From NCBI GenBank assembly GCA_030141605.1, contig JAQGDQ010000511.1, positions 1-64,000 on the forward strand: 64,000 nucleotides of DNA, in the 5' to 3' direction. The notes beneath the pieces were generated by a model. That model ran no database searches and had not been told where the DNA came from. It saw only the letters and a program-made list of their open reading frames with translations. The position numbers were made by a program, and so were the translations under genes. Positions within the stretch are counted from its first letter, which is position 1; each line of letters starts with the position of its first letter. This document shows, one piece after another, positions 49,047 through 64,000 of this stretch. Origin of the DNA: Tubiluchus corallicola. Lineage: Eukaryota; Animalia; Priapulida.

Positions 49047-50217
49047 AGAAAAACTTGGCACTGAAATTTGCATAAACACATTAAAGGAGATCATTGACTA
49101 CTACATTAGTCGTGATAGCTCTGTTCACATTGTTTTTATCGACGCATCAAAGGCATTTGATAGGGTTAATTTCTTCAAGCTTTTTCTTAAACTCACAAAG
49201 ACTTCAATCCCGAATATTGTAATCCGCTTGCTCACATTTTATTACACGCAGCAAGGCATGTCTGTCAGGTGGGGACATAGTCAGTCTACAACTTTTAATA
49301 TTGGAAATGGTGTACGCCAAGGTGGCAAGATGTCACCTTTTCTTTTTAATTTTTATTTTAAAGATCTAAGTGTTAAGCTTTCATCCACCCAACTTGGTTG
49401 CAATGTGTCGAACATGGTTATGAACCACCTGATGTACGCTGACGATGTTTGTTTGTTAGCAACAACGATTACGGCCCTACAGCAACTACTAGACGTGTAT
49501 AAATTGTATGCTGAACAGTATGACATAAAAATTAATGTAGCTAAAACTAAACTTATGTCTGTTAATTCAAACATTATGAGAAATTTTATGTTTGGTAACA
49601 TCAAACTAGATAATAATGTTTTACGTACCTGTGATAATGAAAAATATTTGGGACATATTATTTCAAATGATAACCGTGATGACCTTGACATTATTAATCA
49701 AAGATCCCTATACTATTGTCGTGCAAACCAACTTATGAGAAAATTCAGCAATTGTTCTGTTGATGTTAAAAGATATCTATTTAATGCTTACTGTAATACA
49801 TTCTATTGCATGTCTACTTGGAGACATTTTAATAATGGTAATATCTTAAAACTTAAAATTGCGCACAATGTGTCAAAAAGATTATTTTTCGGATATGCAT
49901 ATGATTACAGTGCTCGTGAGATGAGTGTTGAAATTCACGTGATGTATTTTGAGGTATTACGTAGAAAATCTGTGTTAAGTTTAATGAAAAGATTTGATAC
50001 TAGTGATAATTTAATGTGCCAGAAAATTTTAGTAAGCGATGCCAAATTTACATCGCACATAAGACAGCAATGGTGGAGACTATTATTGTAATTTTCATGT
50101 TTAACTAAGTTTGTGTGAGATTTGTTTGTAGTGGTTTTTTGTTTTTATAATGTTGTATGTTGTATATATGTAATTTATATTATGAACTTATGTTTGAAAT
50201 AAAGAATTAAATCAAAT

Positions 50218-50222
<5 letters not shown>
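49047..50222 (+). mobile_element. 5'-truncated LINE reverse transcriptase (RTE-X-like)
   Basis: Open frame with FIDASKAFDRV, GVRQGGKMSP, HLMYADD and KYLG motifs; stop at 50091; AATAAA followed by an (AAATC)n tail. Confidence 0.9.
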
Positions 50223-50277
<55 letters not shown>

Positions 50278-51194
50278 CCCTCTCTCTCTTTCTCTCTCTT
50301 TCTCTCTTCATCTCTCGAACTAAACCTACCCTAAAAGTACACGAAGCATTTATCTCAAAGTTTCCTCCACAGTACAACCTCTATGACTATGAAATGTGGT
50401 TAAATTTTCTCTGCACTGTGTCAAATGCGAAAGCCAAATTTACACAAGGCGATGAATCGTCCAAAACCAATTATGGCCGCTGCTGAATTTATTTCCTATC
50501 CGCGTGTGAGACAATTACCGAGCGTTTAACTGTCCTTCTAACCGTCTCTTTGCTGTTCCTCTTCGGATCAAGAGGAAGCTCCAATCTGGTTAATGAGAAT
50601 GTCCAGTGACGTCACGCTGAACAAACAGCACAGGCGCCACCTCGGGGGAAAACACGGGCAAGTATTAAATGAGTTAATGGGATGAAAGAGCGACGAAAGG
50701 CATCATGGGTAAAATCATTTGTTGAAAAAGCTTTTCTGGGATGAATGTATTTGATAACTTATCAGGATAAAGGAAGTGGATCCAGAAGAAGGGGGAACAG
50801 CTGATGAACAAAATGGACTCCGCCTTTATTCCGCAAGCTTTTAACCCTTTTCCACTGATTCCACTGAAACTGCCTATTTAAAGCTAAATTTCATGAGAGA
50901 AATTTATTACAAATAAACAGCTAATAACAAAAAACTGTCATTTGCGTCAATGTTACAATCACAATAATTATTTTATTATCAATAAAATTTAATTATTGCT
51001 CGGTTAATTTGTACTTAAATGATTTCTTTTTTAAGAATTCTTATTTATGATTATTTGTTTTAAGAAAAAAAACGTGTCCAAAAATGTCTATTTCAATAAT
51101 GACGATAATGATGATGACAGGGATGATAGTGATGATGATGACGACGACTACAACAACAACAACCGCAACAACAACAACAAACAACAACAACAAC

Positions 51195-51942
<748 letters not shown>

Positions 51943-52649
51943 TTTGAAGTGTCTGTACGATGCCTTTTGTCAGTATTTAAAACGCATCTAGCGTCTTGTT
52001 TATTTTTCACCGAAAATTAAATAAAAACCACATTTTGATTCCGTTTGATGGATTTGACTTGAGGAATGTTCGGCAGGCGGCGGGCGCGGCGCAGAGAAGA
52101 GAGTTGAGTTGTTTTTGCGAGTTGTTTAATAAGAGTTACAACTGATTACGCTTGCTTAAGATTCGATGCTGCGGCACCTCTAATCTTCGCAATCTTTGAC
52201 AATCTACGTCAGGGTAATGGAGCTCAGACTTTGAAATCCGGCTCGCAAATCTCTGTGCAAATACGTGGATAACAATTCTGAGTTTGTGCGCCTGACAGAT
52301 GCATAAATACACCAAGCGGCCGGTGAGCAGTCTACAGTAGGGATAAATGCAGAATAGATATTCAGCAAAGTTTGAGCAAACAGACGCCGAATTCTCTAGA
52401 AATTGTGTCCATCCAAGCGATTGTTGTTTCAAGCCAGGAATCCCAACTTGGCGGGTTTATACACAATTTTCGGGCGGCTTAAGGCCCAGATTTCCAAAAG
52501 CGCTCAGTTGAACAAAAACACGGTAGGTCAATAGCGCACGAACCGAACGCCCGTCTTGGATAAGGAGGTTCCTTTATTTATGTAAAAGAAAAGCCTCCAA
52601 GTTCTAGAAAATACAATTTAATTCTACCATTAACAAATAATATTGAACC

Positions 52650-53188
52650 TAAAAACTGTTGCTTCCCTAATACCCGCCTGCAAAGTGGTAAAATGCCATT
52701 TATTTCAGTGTTTCCAGGGGTTCCTCAAGGAAGAGTTTTGTTGCCATTGTTATTAGAACATTTTGTAAACGACTTCTCTAGCAAAGATAATTTTTGGGGT
52801 CTGGATCGCTGGGATTTCATTTTACATAGTGTCATAATCAAACTGGGTGCAGATATGATAGAAAAGGTCATAGATATGATACGATAGTAGCAAATAAACG
52901 TCATAGCAATTGTACAAAAATGAACAAGAAATCACGCTAAAGAAGAAACAATTGTTCCACTTTCTGACACGCATGTTTAAGCTAACTATTATATACTAAA
53001 AACTGTTGCTTCCCTACTGCCCGCCTGCAAAGTGGGAAAATGCTATTTATTTCAATGTTTCCAGGGGTTCCTCAAGGAAGAGTTTTGTTGCCATTGTTAT
53101 TACAAGGTTTTGTAAACGACTTCTCTAGCAAAGATAATTTTTGGGGTCCACTTTCTGACACGCATGTTTAAGCTAACTAGTATATACT
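52650..53188 (+). repeat. Local duplication (X-spacer-Y-X-Y) of a degenerate CR1/L2 RT fragment
   Basis: 52650-52801 is repeated at 52998-53148 and 52957-52997 at 53148-53188. X encodes GVPQGRVLLPLLLEHFVND. Confidence 0.7.
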
Positions 53189-53884
53189 CATCTGAATACC
53201 GCTTGCTGTTAAGTTACGTTCTAAAAACGACAAAACTCATTAAAGGAGCAATCAAAGCAATTTCTTAATGGCAAACAACAAGAATCGTTCTTTTTGCAAC
53301 TGGCCCAATCAATCATACTCGACAATGAACTGCGCCATATATGGAAGTGAAGAAGTTAATTAACCCCTCTTTTCCGTAATTTGCACAATGGCGTGTTTAC
53401 ACGAGTAAATTAGAACTGGATTACCCGATGATGAACGAGGCTTATTATCATCCTAGCCAGGATTCCCTAGCATATCCAGTTTCGTTTGCCAAGCTTTGTA
53501 AAACTCATTGGATTAATGGGCTTGGTTCAGGGATGAAATTTCTATTTCAGCACTGTGCAAACACAGACTGGAAGCCACGGCTTTTAGAACCGCGTTACCT
53601 ATTAACAGACAGAAGGGCCGCTTTGTGAGCTCGTAGATAAACTCTTACATTAGATGCTTTGTGCTCTGGTTTCCCTGTTCGCCGATCAGTAATCGGGATC
53701 ATTGATCGCGCGTAATTGCCCACGACTAAGTGCTTATGTGTGTAAAGAACTTGGAAAAGGATAAAATCTTTGATTCGAAGCTTTTTGCGGAGATTTATTA
53801 AGAACCACTGGATGAAAACGCACGAGGTCCCGGGAAATAGATAATCAGGGGATGAAATTAAAGAAACAAAACGTTAAAAATACT

Positions 53885-54361
53885 GAATTTGAATTGAATT
53901 GTGAATTTATTCCACAGCAACTCAAACATGCATACAAGTTGATATTACTTTGAAAAAAAGTAAATAAACTATGCGAGTTACTGTGAGGATGAGGAAGGAG
54001 CATTGAGCTTTCGAGTCCTCCTCCAGATAAGTGAGACAATTGACAATTAACATTACATTTTCATCAGTTATAACGTACATTAGAACTAAATAAGTTTTGT
54101 TAGTAACTTAAGATCAGGATGAGTAAAATTGTAAGTTAATTATACCGTTGTAGTAGGTAATTCTTTGATGCTTTTTTAAATTGATAAAAATTAAGAGTTT
54201 TCATTTCACGCGGAATTGATGACCATATTTTAATAGCATTATATTTAGATGACTGTTTCATTATATTTGTTTTTGGAAGAGGGAGTACATAGTTTCCGAC
54301 TGAATATCTTGTGTAATGATCATGTTGATTTGAAACTGGTCTAAAGTATGACTGAAAAGCT
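53885..54361 (-). mobile_element. Second copy of the CR1/L2-group LINE 3' fragment
   Basis: Reverse complement of about 15178-15645 with few substitutions. Confidence 0.85.
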
Positions 54362-57300
54362 AATAAAGTATGACTGAAAGAAACACTATCAAATGTTTTT
54401 ATTTGCTACGAGTTACTCTCCCACAAGCGTTCACACTAGACAGTAACTCAACTCACAGCAACTGTCGGAAACTTTGCAATTTCTTGTCGACAATAACTCC
54501 CAAAATTGTTCACACTTGAGAGTTTGCTGTTAGAGAGAAAACTCTCAACAGAAAACTCGTTAGTCTGAACGCTCCACCAATTGGCGTGTAACACAATGTC
54601 AATCATTTTCGTTGACTGCCCAATCAGCGTGCAAGTTATTTCACACCCCTGCAGAGCTTACTTAACGCAGGTACTTTCGGGACATTTAGCTACAGCTGCG
54701 TCTAACACCGTTATGAAAAATGCTCAACTTTTCATTAGTTAGCGGGAGAAATATTGGCCTGGTTCTAGATTTTGTTATTGTCAATTGAAATTGCAAGTGA
54801 ATTAGTGGAAATATATAGTCTAGTTTCGTTTATAGGAAGAAATGCACAACGCTTACGTCTATGAGTTGCTGATTAAACCATTTTGTAATCAAGAAAATAC
54901 GCAGTTTAGTTTAGTTTATGGCTTTGCAAGTTAGATAAAAACAACTATTTGATTAACTTTAAATAAGGACAAAACAAAATGTTTTCTTTTCTGGCCAGTT
55001 TTTAAAAACCTCATCGTCACAGTCAAAGCCAATTCAAATGTGTTCAAAACTTATACATTTTTGTAAGCTAACTCTAAGCTATTTTTCTGGTTATAATCAT
55101 GGTTAAAAGATGCCATTGGGACTTATGTAACGCGGGCATTCAATATAAGGGTCGTTTATGGAATGGAAAAATCAAATTTATTCCATTTCCGTAGCCTGAC
55201 AAACGGAAACATACGAAAACTGAATAAATCTTGCAGAAGAGTACATGAGTTAATTTAGAAAAAATACATCGCATGAATGATGTTCGTATGTTTAAAAGCA
55301 AAAGAGACTTAATATTTTTGTTGCTCATTTATTGTAAAGCAAAGCTAACTGGCTTAGTTTCTTTATTATACTCATGTCTCTGTATTTTGTAGCGCTTTGA
55401 AACTTCATTCTGTTTAAATTGAAAAGTCATTTTTTGGCAACTTGGAGCGTTAATTTCGTGTTAAAATAGCTGCTGCTCTGCAAATTTGTGTTTATGAAAA
55501 AGAGCAATCAGTTTATGTGCTGATTTGACATTAGTTGTGACTGTCATGTTGTTTAGTTTAGTTGAGACAGTTATTGTCCAGAGTGAGCTGTTGTTCCGAA
55601 TGCTGCTTACGTTACAGCGGGGGCAGAGCGATAGACCAGTATGTTTGACGTCAATTGCTGCTGAGAGAACATTGGTTTCTTTTACTTTTTTCTTTTCCCT
55701 TTTTGTTCCACAATTTTACTTTCCCTCCGTGTGTTACTAGTAACAATTGATGCGTCTTAATTTACAAGACAATTTATGTGAGAGAAAAGAGATTGCTGTT
55801 GTAAAGTAATACCTCTGACCACATTTGATATCAGGTGTGTTACGTTTTGATGTCACCTGCACAAAAGCCTCACGAAAACATCACCGAACAATCATCCACA
55901 TTACACCTGATCCAGGAAAGAGGAGGTTTAGCTGATTTAATTAGAGAAGCCATGTTGCACCACTTAGGATAGTTAAAGCTTTATTTACCTGGATTTTGTT
56001 GAATCTGCAGGTGAGAATATGAGCTGCTTGGCGCTTCAGAAGAAAGGATTATAATGATCTGCATTTGATGGTCATCTCTCTGCCTGTTGTAATTATATCT
56101 GAATAGAGCGCTAATATGGCTAATCTTATAAACTGCGTGTCGTTTCAACAAGTTTTATTTCCAATGATCTTCACTCTTTGAGAAATCCACCGAATTTTCC
56201 TCCGAATTGATTGATAATCTTTATTTTCGTTTTCGCTGTAAGTTTTTTTCTTTTCCAATGTCTCCCTCTTCGCTTCTTCTTGTTTTTCGCATTTTCTTTT
56301 TCTTCTATCAATGCGTTTTAAAAAATGAAGAAATTTGTGAGTCAAGGAATTCATTCTCGTTGTCGTCACGGCGTCACCGTCATCAGCACGTGCAGGACAC
56401 ACGGCCATCTTTTTCAACATCTTTTTCTTCTTTGTTTTCGTCGTTACCATGACGACCCGGTTTCCCTTAGCAATTTTGCTTTTACTTGCAAACAATTACA
56501 AAAATTTATGTTGATCATAAATTGCAGTTACATGCGCAAAAATAGTTAAAATAGCTGATGAAAATCAATGCGCAAATTATCTGATTAACATTACATTGTA
56601 ACTGTTATCTACAATTTAACGTTGTTGCTGTTTTTCAAATGCCTTGTACTTACATTACGGCAACCCATGATTATTTATAATAATTTATGAATTTGTTATG
56701 CTAAAGTAATTCAACTATTTCGCAATTTGATTCAATTTTGAATTGTCATTATGGCTAGGTTATCAATAAAGATATTGCTACCCGTGGCCATCTCGTCACA
56801 CTGTCTATAACTACTCAATTGCGTATTATAATATAAGATACAACCCTATGTTGTTTCAACCTCGCTATTTGACAGGACTGTGTTAATGAAAGAGCATGTC
56901 AAACCTCTCTAGACAGACCACGCTGAATAGCAAACACCAACAAACTCTAATTAGTCATAAACACTAATTGTATTAATTTCCAGAACATCAGACAAAAAGC
57001 AAGCAGACTGACACACCGAACTCCGTCTCACTCTCTCTTGGCAAGAACAGAAATCTTCTTCCTACTTACAAGAGCATATCTGTGGACAACGCCCACGCTA
57101 CACTATGCTTAGATCGTGGGCATCGTATAAAATTCTGTAAATCCACAAAATAAAGGGACCAGTAAAAATCATCCTTGACGAACACCATTTTTTCATAATC
57201 AACTGCGTTTGAGTTCCTTATACAATGCTACAAAATAAAGGGCTATAAAAGTAATCCTTGACGAACGCCATTTTTAATAACGAATTGCCTTTGAGTTCCT

Positions 57301-58063
57301 TGTACAATACGTTTGGCTGTTCAGAAAACAATTGTTAATTAATTTGGTTATCAGATTTAAATCAGGTAAATTCTGTTCAACATCTTTTCAAAGCTGCTAC
57401 ATTTGACATGGCTTCTTCCACCAGAACTGTAGCTTTCCTATAATAAAATACGAGAGCACTAACAGAAACTGTAGTTGTGATTATTGGTGGCTTTATTCGA
57501 TTTAACTTTTTTTACGAATTAAGGCGACATCGACATTAACAGTCACCGAAGCGCTTATTAATCATTTCACAAATTATTATTTCTTTTTAAATCTTATTAT
57601 TTTTATTAAAAATTAAGAAATCTAACATTGATCAGGCGAATGGCACCTTCCATCTTTTATTTGTTTTTTTTGTATAATTTTGTGTTTAATATGCTAAATG
57701 TTGAATCAATACAGAATAAGAAAGTGGCGCAACAATGGTAATCAGGCCCGTATCTCTCAATCTTAGCTGCTTTTTTACTTTTTCTGATCAACATCAATTG
57801 TGCTTTCAACACAAATTGTTACTTCCATATTATTAAGAATTTTCTATCTAGAAATTTTTACGATTATGCATTCACAACCTCATTGAGAATTAAAACTGCA
57901 ATGTTTCCCTTACAGATGTATCATTTACGTAAATAGCTTCTTTCTTCTCTTTAATCAACTTTCTCATTAATCATTCTTAACTCGTAAATTATAATTTTAT
58001 CTATGTAACTTGTTTTATTTTGTATTTTTTAAATATTGAATTTTATAGCTTGAGTATTGAATT

Positions 58064-58132
58064 GTATGTATCTATGTATGTGTGTGTGTATGTATGTATG
58101 TATGTATGTATGTATGTATGTATGTATGTATG

Positions 58133-58163
<31 letters not shown>

Positions 58164-58585
58164 GTATGTATGTATGTATGTATGTATGTATGTATGTATG
58201 TATGTATGTATGTATGTATGTATGTATGTATGTATGTATGTATGTATGTATGTATGTATGTATGTATGTATGTATGTATGTATGTATGTATGTATGTATG
58301 TATGTATGTATGTATGTATGTATGTATGTATGTATGTATGTATGTATGTATGTATGTATGTATGTATGTATGTATGTATGTATGTATGTATGTATGTATG
58401 TATGTATGTATGTATGTATGTATGTATGTATGTATGTATGTATGTATGTATGTATGTATGTATCTATGTATGTATGTATGTATGTATGTATGTATGTATG
58501 TATGTATGTATGTATGTATGTATGTATGTATGTATGTATGTATGTATGTATGTATGTATGTATGTATGTATGTATGTATGTATGT
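58064..58585. repeat. (TATG)n microsatellite
   Basis: Direct reading. Confidence 0.97.
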
Positions 58586-59559
58586 CTACTAGCTGAAATA
58601 GAAGAATAAATAAAAATAAAAACAGATTTGTTGCGGTTATTGTTGTCGTCGTTTCTGTTGTTGCTGTTGCTGTTGCCGTTAAGGCATGTGGTAGGCCTAT
58701 TTATTTGTTGCATTTGCTACGTTTTGTATATATAAACGTTACTTGTTATAAACAATATCAATTTGTTGCTAAAACGATTCATGTAATTTGATTCTCATGA
58801 TCTGATTCTCATCAGCTGTGATTTGTTCAGATTGTACCTTAGACAGCATTTTCATGTTCCGTTTGGTCCCTTTAAATCTCGTAATTTAACAAATAAAAAG
58901 TATTAACGGTGACAAAATGCTTACTTGACGAACACCTTTCTCTTACACAGATTCTGCACATTTTCTGCTATATCTTCTTGTTTAATTTCAAGTACCTACA
59001 GTAACTGCGAGCGTTGTTTCTTTGATCTGTGATGCTTAGTCTGGTACTGAAACAGTGTCTTTACCTACGATGGATTAATACAAATAACGTGATGTCGCGA
59101 TGACAACAAAACATCTATCCAAAACAAATATTATTTCAGTGCGCAGGGCGGCGTCACTCTGCCTCGCGTATGTTCTATTATCACTAGTAAAAAGTGGTCT
59201 TACAAAGATCATGCATATTATTAGATTTTGTTCTGCAGTAAAGCCACTATTAGTCTGCTAAAAATTTTGCATAGAAACTGCAGCTACATTGCACTAATTA
59301 CATGCCGCATCAAAACATTTTAATGATAAAGAAGGTACGCGGCTGAAATGCTGAATTATTCGAATCTATAATTTTATGTTCGAATCGAATTCGAAGTAAA
59401 AAACTCGTTCGAACTCAAATGTTCGATGAAACTAAAATTACAGTAGCCAGTAATAAGAGGAAAAACATGTGCAAAAGAGGCAGAATAGCGAAGATTAATT
59501 GGGAAAGGATGAAGGAATCGTCATCAATGAATCACACGTCCAGGGACATGATTCTGCTC

Positions 59560-60310
59560 ACCTCCCTATGCCAAGACTCCCTACACACTGCAATGCCCCA
59601 AGTGGATTTATTTCTAAGGATCAATGCTGAAGTGTTTAAGCAAAATCTAAGCATCTTAACATTTGTCCTCCTGCAGGTTTTTTAGCTGGTTCTATGGCTT
59701 GTTGAAGAGCTATCTTCACTGGAATATCATCAGGTAGTCTAAGCATGTGTACAATCCATCTTAAACGGCGTCTTTTTATTTTTTTTTTGTCCAAGGTTCT
59801 TCTTTTATTTTTTTCATATAGATCTTTGTTTGAAATTTTCTTTGGCTATCTAATACCCAAAATGTTTCTGTAATTTTGCCTTTGAAATGCATCGATTTAA
59901 GCTTTATGATTTGCTTTTAATGTCCAGAGCTCAGAGTTATACAGAAATACAGTTTCAACTAAGGCTTAGAATATTCTAATTTTCGTTTCCAAAGAAATTT
60001 TCGTATTTTCAAAAACTTTTGTGAGTTTTGAGTAAGCTGATAATGCCATTATCTTCCGTCTTGATATGTCGTCCTCTGTTGCCAGCAGACTACCGAGATG
60101 CTTGCATCTTTGCCATGATTCATCACCATGGCGTGTTACATGAAACTCTTCAGTTTTTTTTTTTTTTTACAACGAGATCCATTCTGTTCAGTTTCTCCTC
60201 TATTGAGTTTTTTATTTCATCTACTTCTTCTTTGTTTCTTGTAATCCATGCCACATCATCAGCATACGGACGGAATGATAGTGGACGATTAATGATACTC
60301 AGATAAACAA
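59560..60310 (-). mobile_element. Degenerate frameshifted LINE RT/C-terminal fragment (RTE/RTE-X-like)
   Basis: YADD at 60255-60266 and IKRRRLRWIVHMLRLPDDIPVKIAL near 59710-59780. Confidence 0.7.
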
Positions 60311-60454
60311 GTATAATGCTGTAATATTTCTCTCAAAATAATTGTCTAATGAAACAATGTTAAAATTTTCATTTTTTTAAGTGAATTTGTTGCCATTGGC
60401 TAGGTCAATAATGTTTGTAAATCAACCTCCCCCAACAATAGCAACCTTATAATT

Positions 60455-60555
60455 TAATTATCAGAAATGCGTTTGCAGTACTAATTGTGTTAAAATGTAT
60501 ACATTTTATCGAATTTGAAAATGGGGTGGTATTTGAAAAATCATCCTGTCTTTCT
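60455..60555 (-). mobile_element. Family B terminal fragment
   Basis: gaaaaatcatcctgtctttct|ttaa is the reverse complement of the 12455 terminus. Confidence 0.65.
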
Positions 60556-62249
60556 TTAAATTTCATTTTTTATCTTTCAGCTAATTAGCAGTCCTAAACA
60601 TTTTTGCATCATAATGATTTACAAGGTAGTTTCATGATAGGTACTAAAGGAAAAAAACGGAAAAAAGGGAAAAAGGAAAAGGAAAACCAGTCTGAAATAT
60701 TTATTGAAACAGTTTGAAACATTTAAAGGATGGCTTTAAAGTAAAATATAATATATATGTATATATATATATGTGCGCGTCTAATTTAGTCCTCACAATT
60801 TCAAAACTTTTCCACTTTAATACATATTGATATGATAAAAAAATGCCTTTATAATTTTAAACTATATATTATGCTCATTATGCTTTATGTTAATGAACTT
60901 ACTATCCTGGCAAAGCCGGCCAACATATCCATCCGGACATTTACAGGCAAACCCACTTGTGCCCGGCAGACATTCTCCTCCATTTTGACAAGGATTATTC
61001 CTACAAGGCCTTGGTGATTCTGAAAATAAAACAGGCCTATTAATAATCGAAACAAAAGGTAAAATATATTGTATACTAGTGTATGGTACATAACTGTGTA
61101 CTGTACAAATTTAAATTTACCGTATGTAAATCACTTAGCGAGTTAGGACGGGATTCATTAAACAAAATGTTGTCTCAGCTGCATGCCTAATTTTACGACA
61201 CCTACGGAGCTGTCGTAACTGGTTGAATAGTGTTGTTTTTACTGCACATCAAAAAATCATATAGGTCTATATTCTGGAAATATTGCAATTACGAGAGTTA
61301 TTAATCGTTAATATTTATCTTCTCTTTTCTTTTCTCTTCTTCTCAAGCGTTCGAACCCTGTCTGTAGTTGCTCATTAATTCAGGTTTATTAAAATGTTAC
61401 ATGTTACAGTGCTCGCGACTTGCTAAAGCTAGCACCGCCCAGTGTGTCTCAACTTAAGACAAAATTTTTGATCAAATTCAAGCAGCAGACTTAAGTGAAC
61501 CCTAAGACACTTTTAAGAATTCCAACTAACAGCAAAATTACGAAAATTAGCAAGATGGACTGAAGTGCACAGTAAGACATGAATACGGTTTACGACGCTG
61601 TCTTAGATGTGTCGTAAGACAATGCAATTAAGTGCATAAATTTATGACGCGTACACGAATCTGGCCCATGGCTAGTTAAAAGGTCGAGAACCAGCAGATT
61701 TTAATTCACACTTATTTTCCCCTGCACATATCATTTATAGTCATAACGTTACTAGCTGGTCATGTAACTGGGTAAGTGGTAATATTCGCTGTCACATCAT
61801 TGCACGAGCACTGCATCATAACTACCGTAGCATCATTATAGCCAACGCTATATACGTGTACTACAGTAATTCATTTTAAATTATGGAAAAGAAAGAGCAG
61901 TTTCTTCCTCTGTAAAAAAGAAATTCTGCGACTTGGCGTCTACATAGAAATCAAGTTCTGATAACTGAAAAGGTTAAAGCAAGCAAATAAATACCAGCAG
62001 TAAGCACAACTTCTGTTGAATTTTGAGATTCTTACGCCAAAATACACAGCAAGATGCGAAATCTTCTGAGATAAAAAACTTATAATTTATAAAACTGTCG
62101 CTTGGCGCTGCGCTTGTATCCACGGGCAGTTCGTTGCAAAGCAAAAGTGGGGCGACTTCTGGAGAATACAGTAGTGACATGCAGACACTTTAGACATAGA
62201 CCTTTATTTTCAACACTGATATTACAAATATTCCCTTTCGCGAAGTACT

Positions 62250-62950
62250 CCAATCTACTCATGGAGGTGGAGTTGAGATGAGGAAAGACTGCCAGTAGCT
62301 CATTTGATTCAGAACCTTATAAATTAGTACTTAGACAATAACCATAATTTTCCTAATGAGTTCTGGTTAACAAACTCAACCATCAGGTTGTATGGTTTGC
62401 CTAAAAATCTTTCAATTCTGGACTAATTGCCAATGTTTTAGTGAATCACTAGACTTACCAGTTTCACAGTGAGTACCCTCATATCCAACAGGACACTCGC
62501 ATTCATAATTGAATTGCCTATTTATGCATAAGCCATCATTTTCACAGGGTTCTTGCAGACAAGGAGGTCCAGCAGCTGAAAAAAGAAAATTAAGTTATAG
62601 TCGAGTAATACGAAAACTCTTTGTCGTTATAGATGTTGTACAGCTATGGTACATTGTAAATCCAAATGTCATTATACTGGTTGAAAGCCAGCAAACTGAG
62701 ACAAAGGAATTAAAGAATACTTGACTGCCATTCTTATGTCTACAGTTTTGCACTCATAACTCCAATGCTGATCTACCATACCCACAGGAAACCAGACCAT
62801 CTCCACTGACCATCTCCATTTAATTGAATTCATTTACTAAACTGGATCAGATTTAACATCTGACCGGAGGGTAGTCAAACGCAAATACGTCATACCCATT
62901 TACAAAAGATTTCTTTTGAAACTCATAGTCTGACATTGCGTCTTTTAAAC
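62250..62950 (+). mobile_element. Highly degenerate Penelope-like RT remnant
   Basis: RLYGLPK at 62385-62405, LFVVIDVVQLW resembling the LDVxSLY motif, and HRKP resembling YRKP. Frames are broken and boundaries approximate. Confidence 0.45.
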
Positions 62951-64000
62951 ACCTCTCTGATGATTTGAATTTAGGTTTCTATTGAAGTACGATTTATTAT
63001 AAACTGTCTTAGCGGAAAGAGCAAGCCAACTGGTAACCCGGGCTTGTTTTTATGAGTGCGGAAAATGTCAGAAGGATTTAGTGATAAAAGTGTGATAAGT
63101 GCAATGTGTAGTTGGTAAAATCACATTAAAGTTACGATTATTTCACGCTTGCGCGCTCGAATTTTGAATGCCCATTTTCCACCACTGACGCCATTCATCA
63201 GCTGAAGAAAAGCAGTACTCTGTGAATTCCTGTCAAGAAGTTTTTACGAAAAACAAGTAGCTAACTTTGTGATGTTTCTGTATGCACATTAGGTAAGCTG
63301 CAGAAGTTTGAATTAGATTAAGCAACCTTACGGAAAGCCACGATGTGCTTACAAATCATCACAAATTCATAATCTTATGAACTCCACCAATTACGTCATA
63401 CTTTCAAGTGAATAGCGGCTACCACCGAGCCTGAAATTTTGAGTACAACGGTAGCATAAATTTACTTTATGCTTTGTAGATAGTTTTTTGCAAATTTATT
63501 TGTTATAATTATTAATTTTTGTCTAAGTTTAAGTGATAGCAGTATGAATATGAATATGAAGTTTTTCAAACGGCCTGTAGAAAAAGCGCTCTAGCGGCGT
63601 CTGGTGGGACTCTTGGAAGGAGATATATGGCAATTTGGAAAGAGGAAGAATAGGGCTAAACGATAACGTGGGCTATATTTTAGGGCAGGTCCATCAAGAG
63701 GAGTGGCGACGAGTTAATTAGATGTTCCATTTTCGGCAATTTTCGCTTAGAAAACTGCTGACGCAAAGCCATTGTTGTGACGTCATCCATTATACTCTGT
63801 CTATAACTTTAATTCAGTAAAAGCTGCTGGCTTTGCGTTAGGAAAATAAACGAACACTAGGTAGGATGTTCGAGCATTGTTGATTATAAGTGGATTTAAA
63901 GGCAAAATTTTTTTGCGGGGACTTTGCTAGTAATTATTAATTTTTTCTAAGTTTAAGTGATAACAATAGAATAAATCCCACATGCTATGCGGCTTGTCCT

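Noticed and set aside
56145-56495. 116-aa Lys-rich minus-strand ORF as a gene
   Set aside because: No recognisable domain or convincing splice context; composition follows from T-rich plus-strand sequence.

Overview
AT-rich, microsatellite-dense animal genomic DNA, probably from a bilaterian invertebrate (inference). It carries two supportable genes, both on the minus strand. (1) A six-coding-exon Dmbx (Dmbx1-type, PRD-class K50 homeodomain plus OAR) gene at 7918-31508, which I spliced by hand to 392 aa; the ORF track misses its homeobox. (2) A single-ORF 2315-aa predicted secreted protein at 37920-44867, built from eight ~155-aa modules of about 34 Cys each, Thr-rich mucin-like linkers and a divergent discoidin (F5/8C)-like C-terminus. 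The rest is transposon debris (a Tc1 deletion derivative, RTE, RTE-X-like, CR1/L2-like and Penelope-like fragments, two TTAA-flanked Kolobok-like non-autonomous families) plus mini- and microsatellites. The most striking non-coding item is a 499-bp TSD-flanked bipartite RTE derivative at 45534-46032 whose first base coincides with the predicted cleavage site of a twister ribozyme. All calls were made by eye without database searches.
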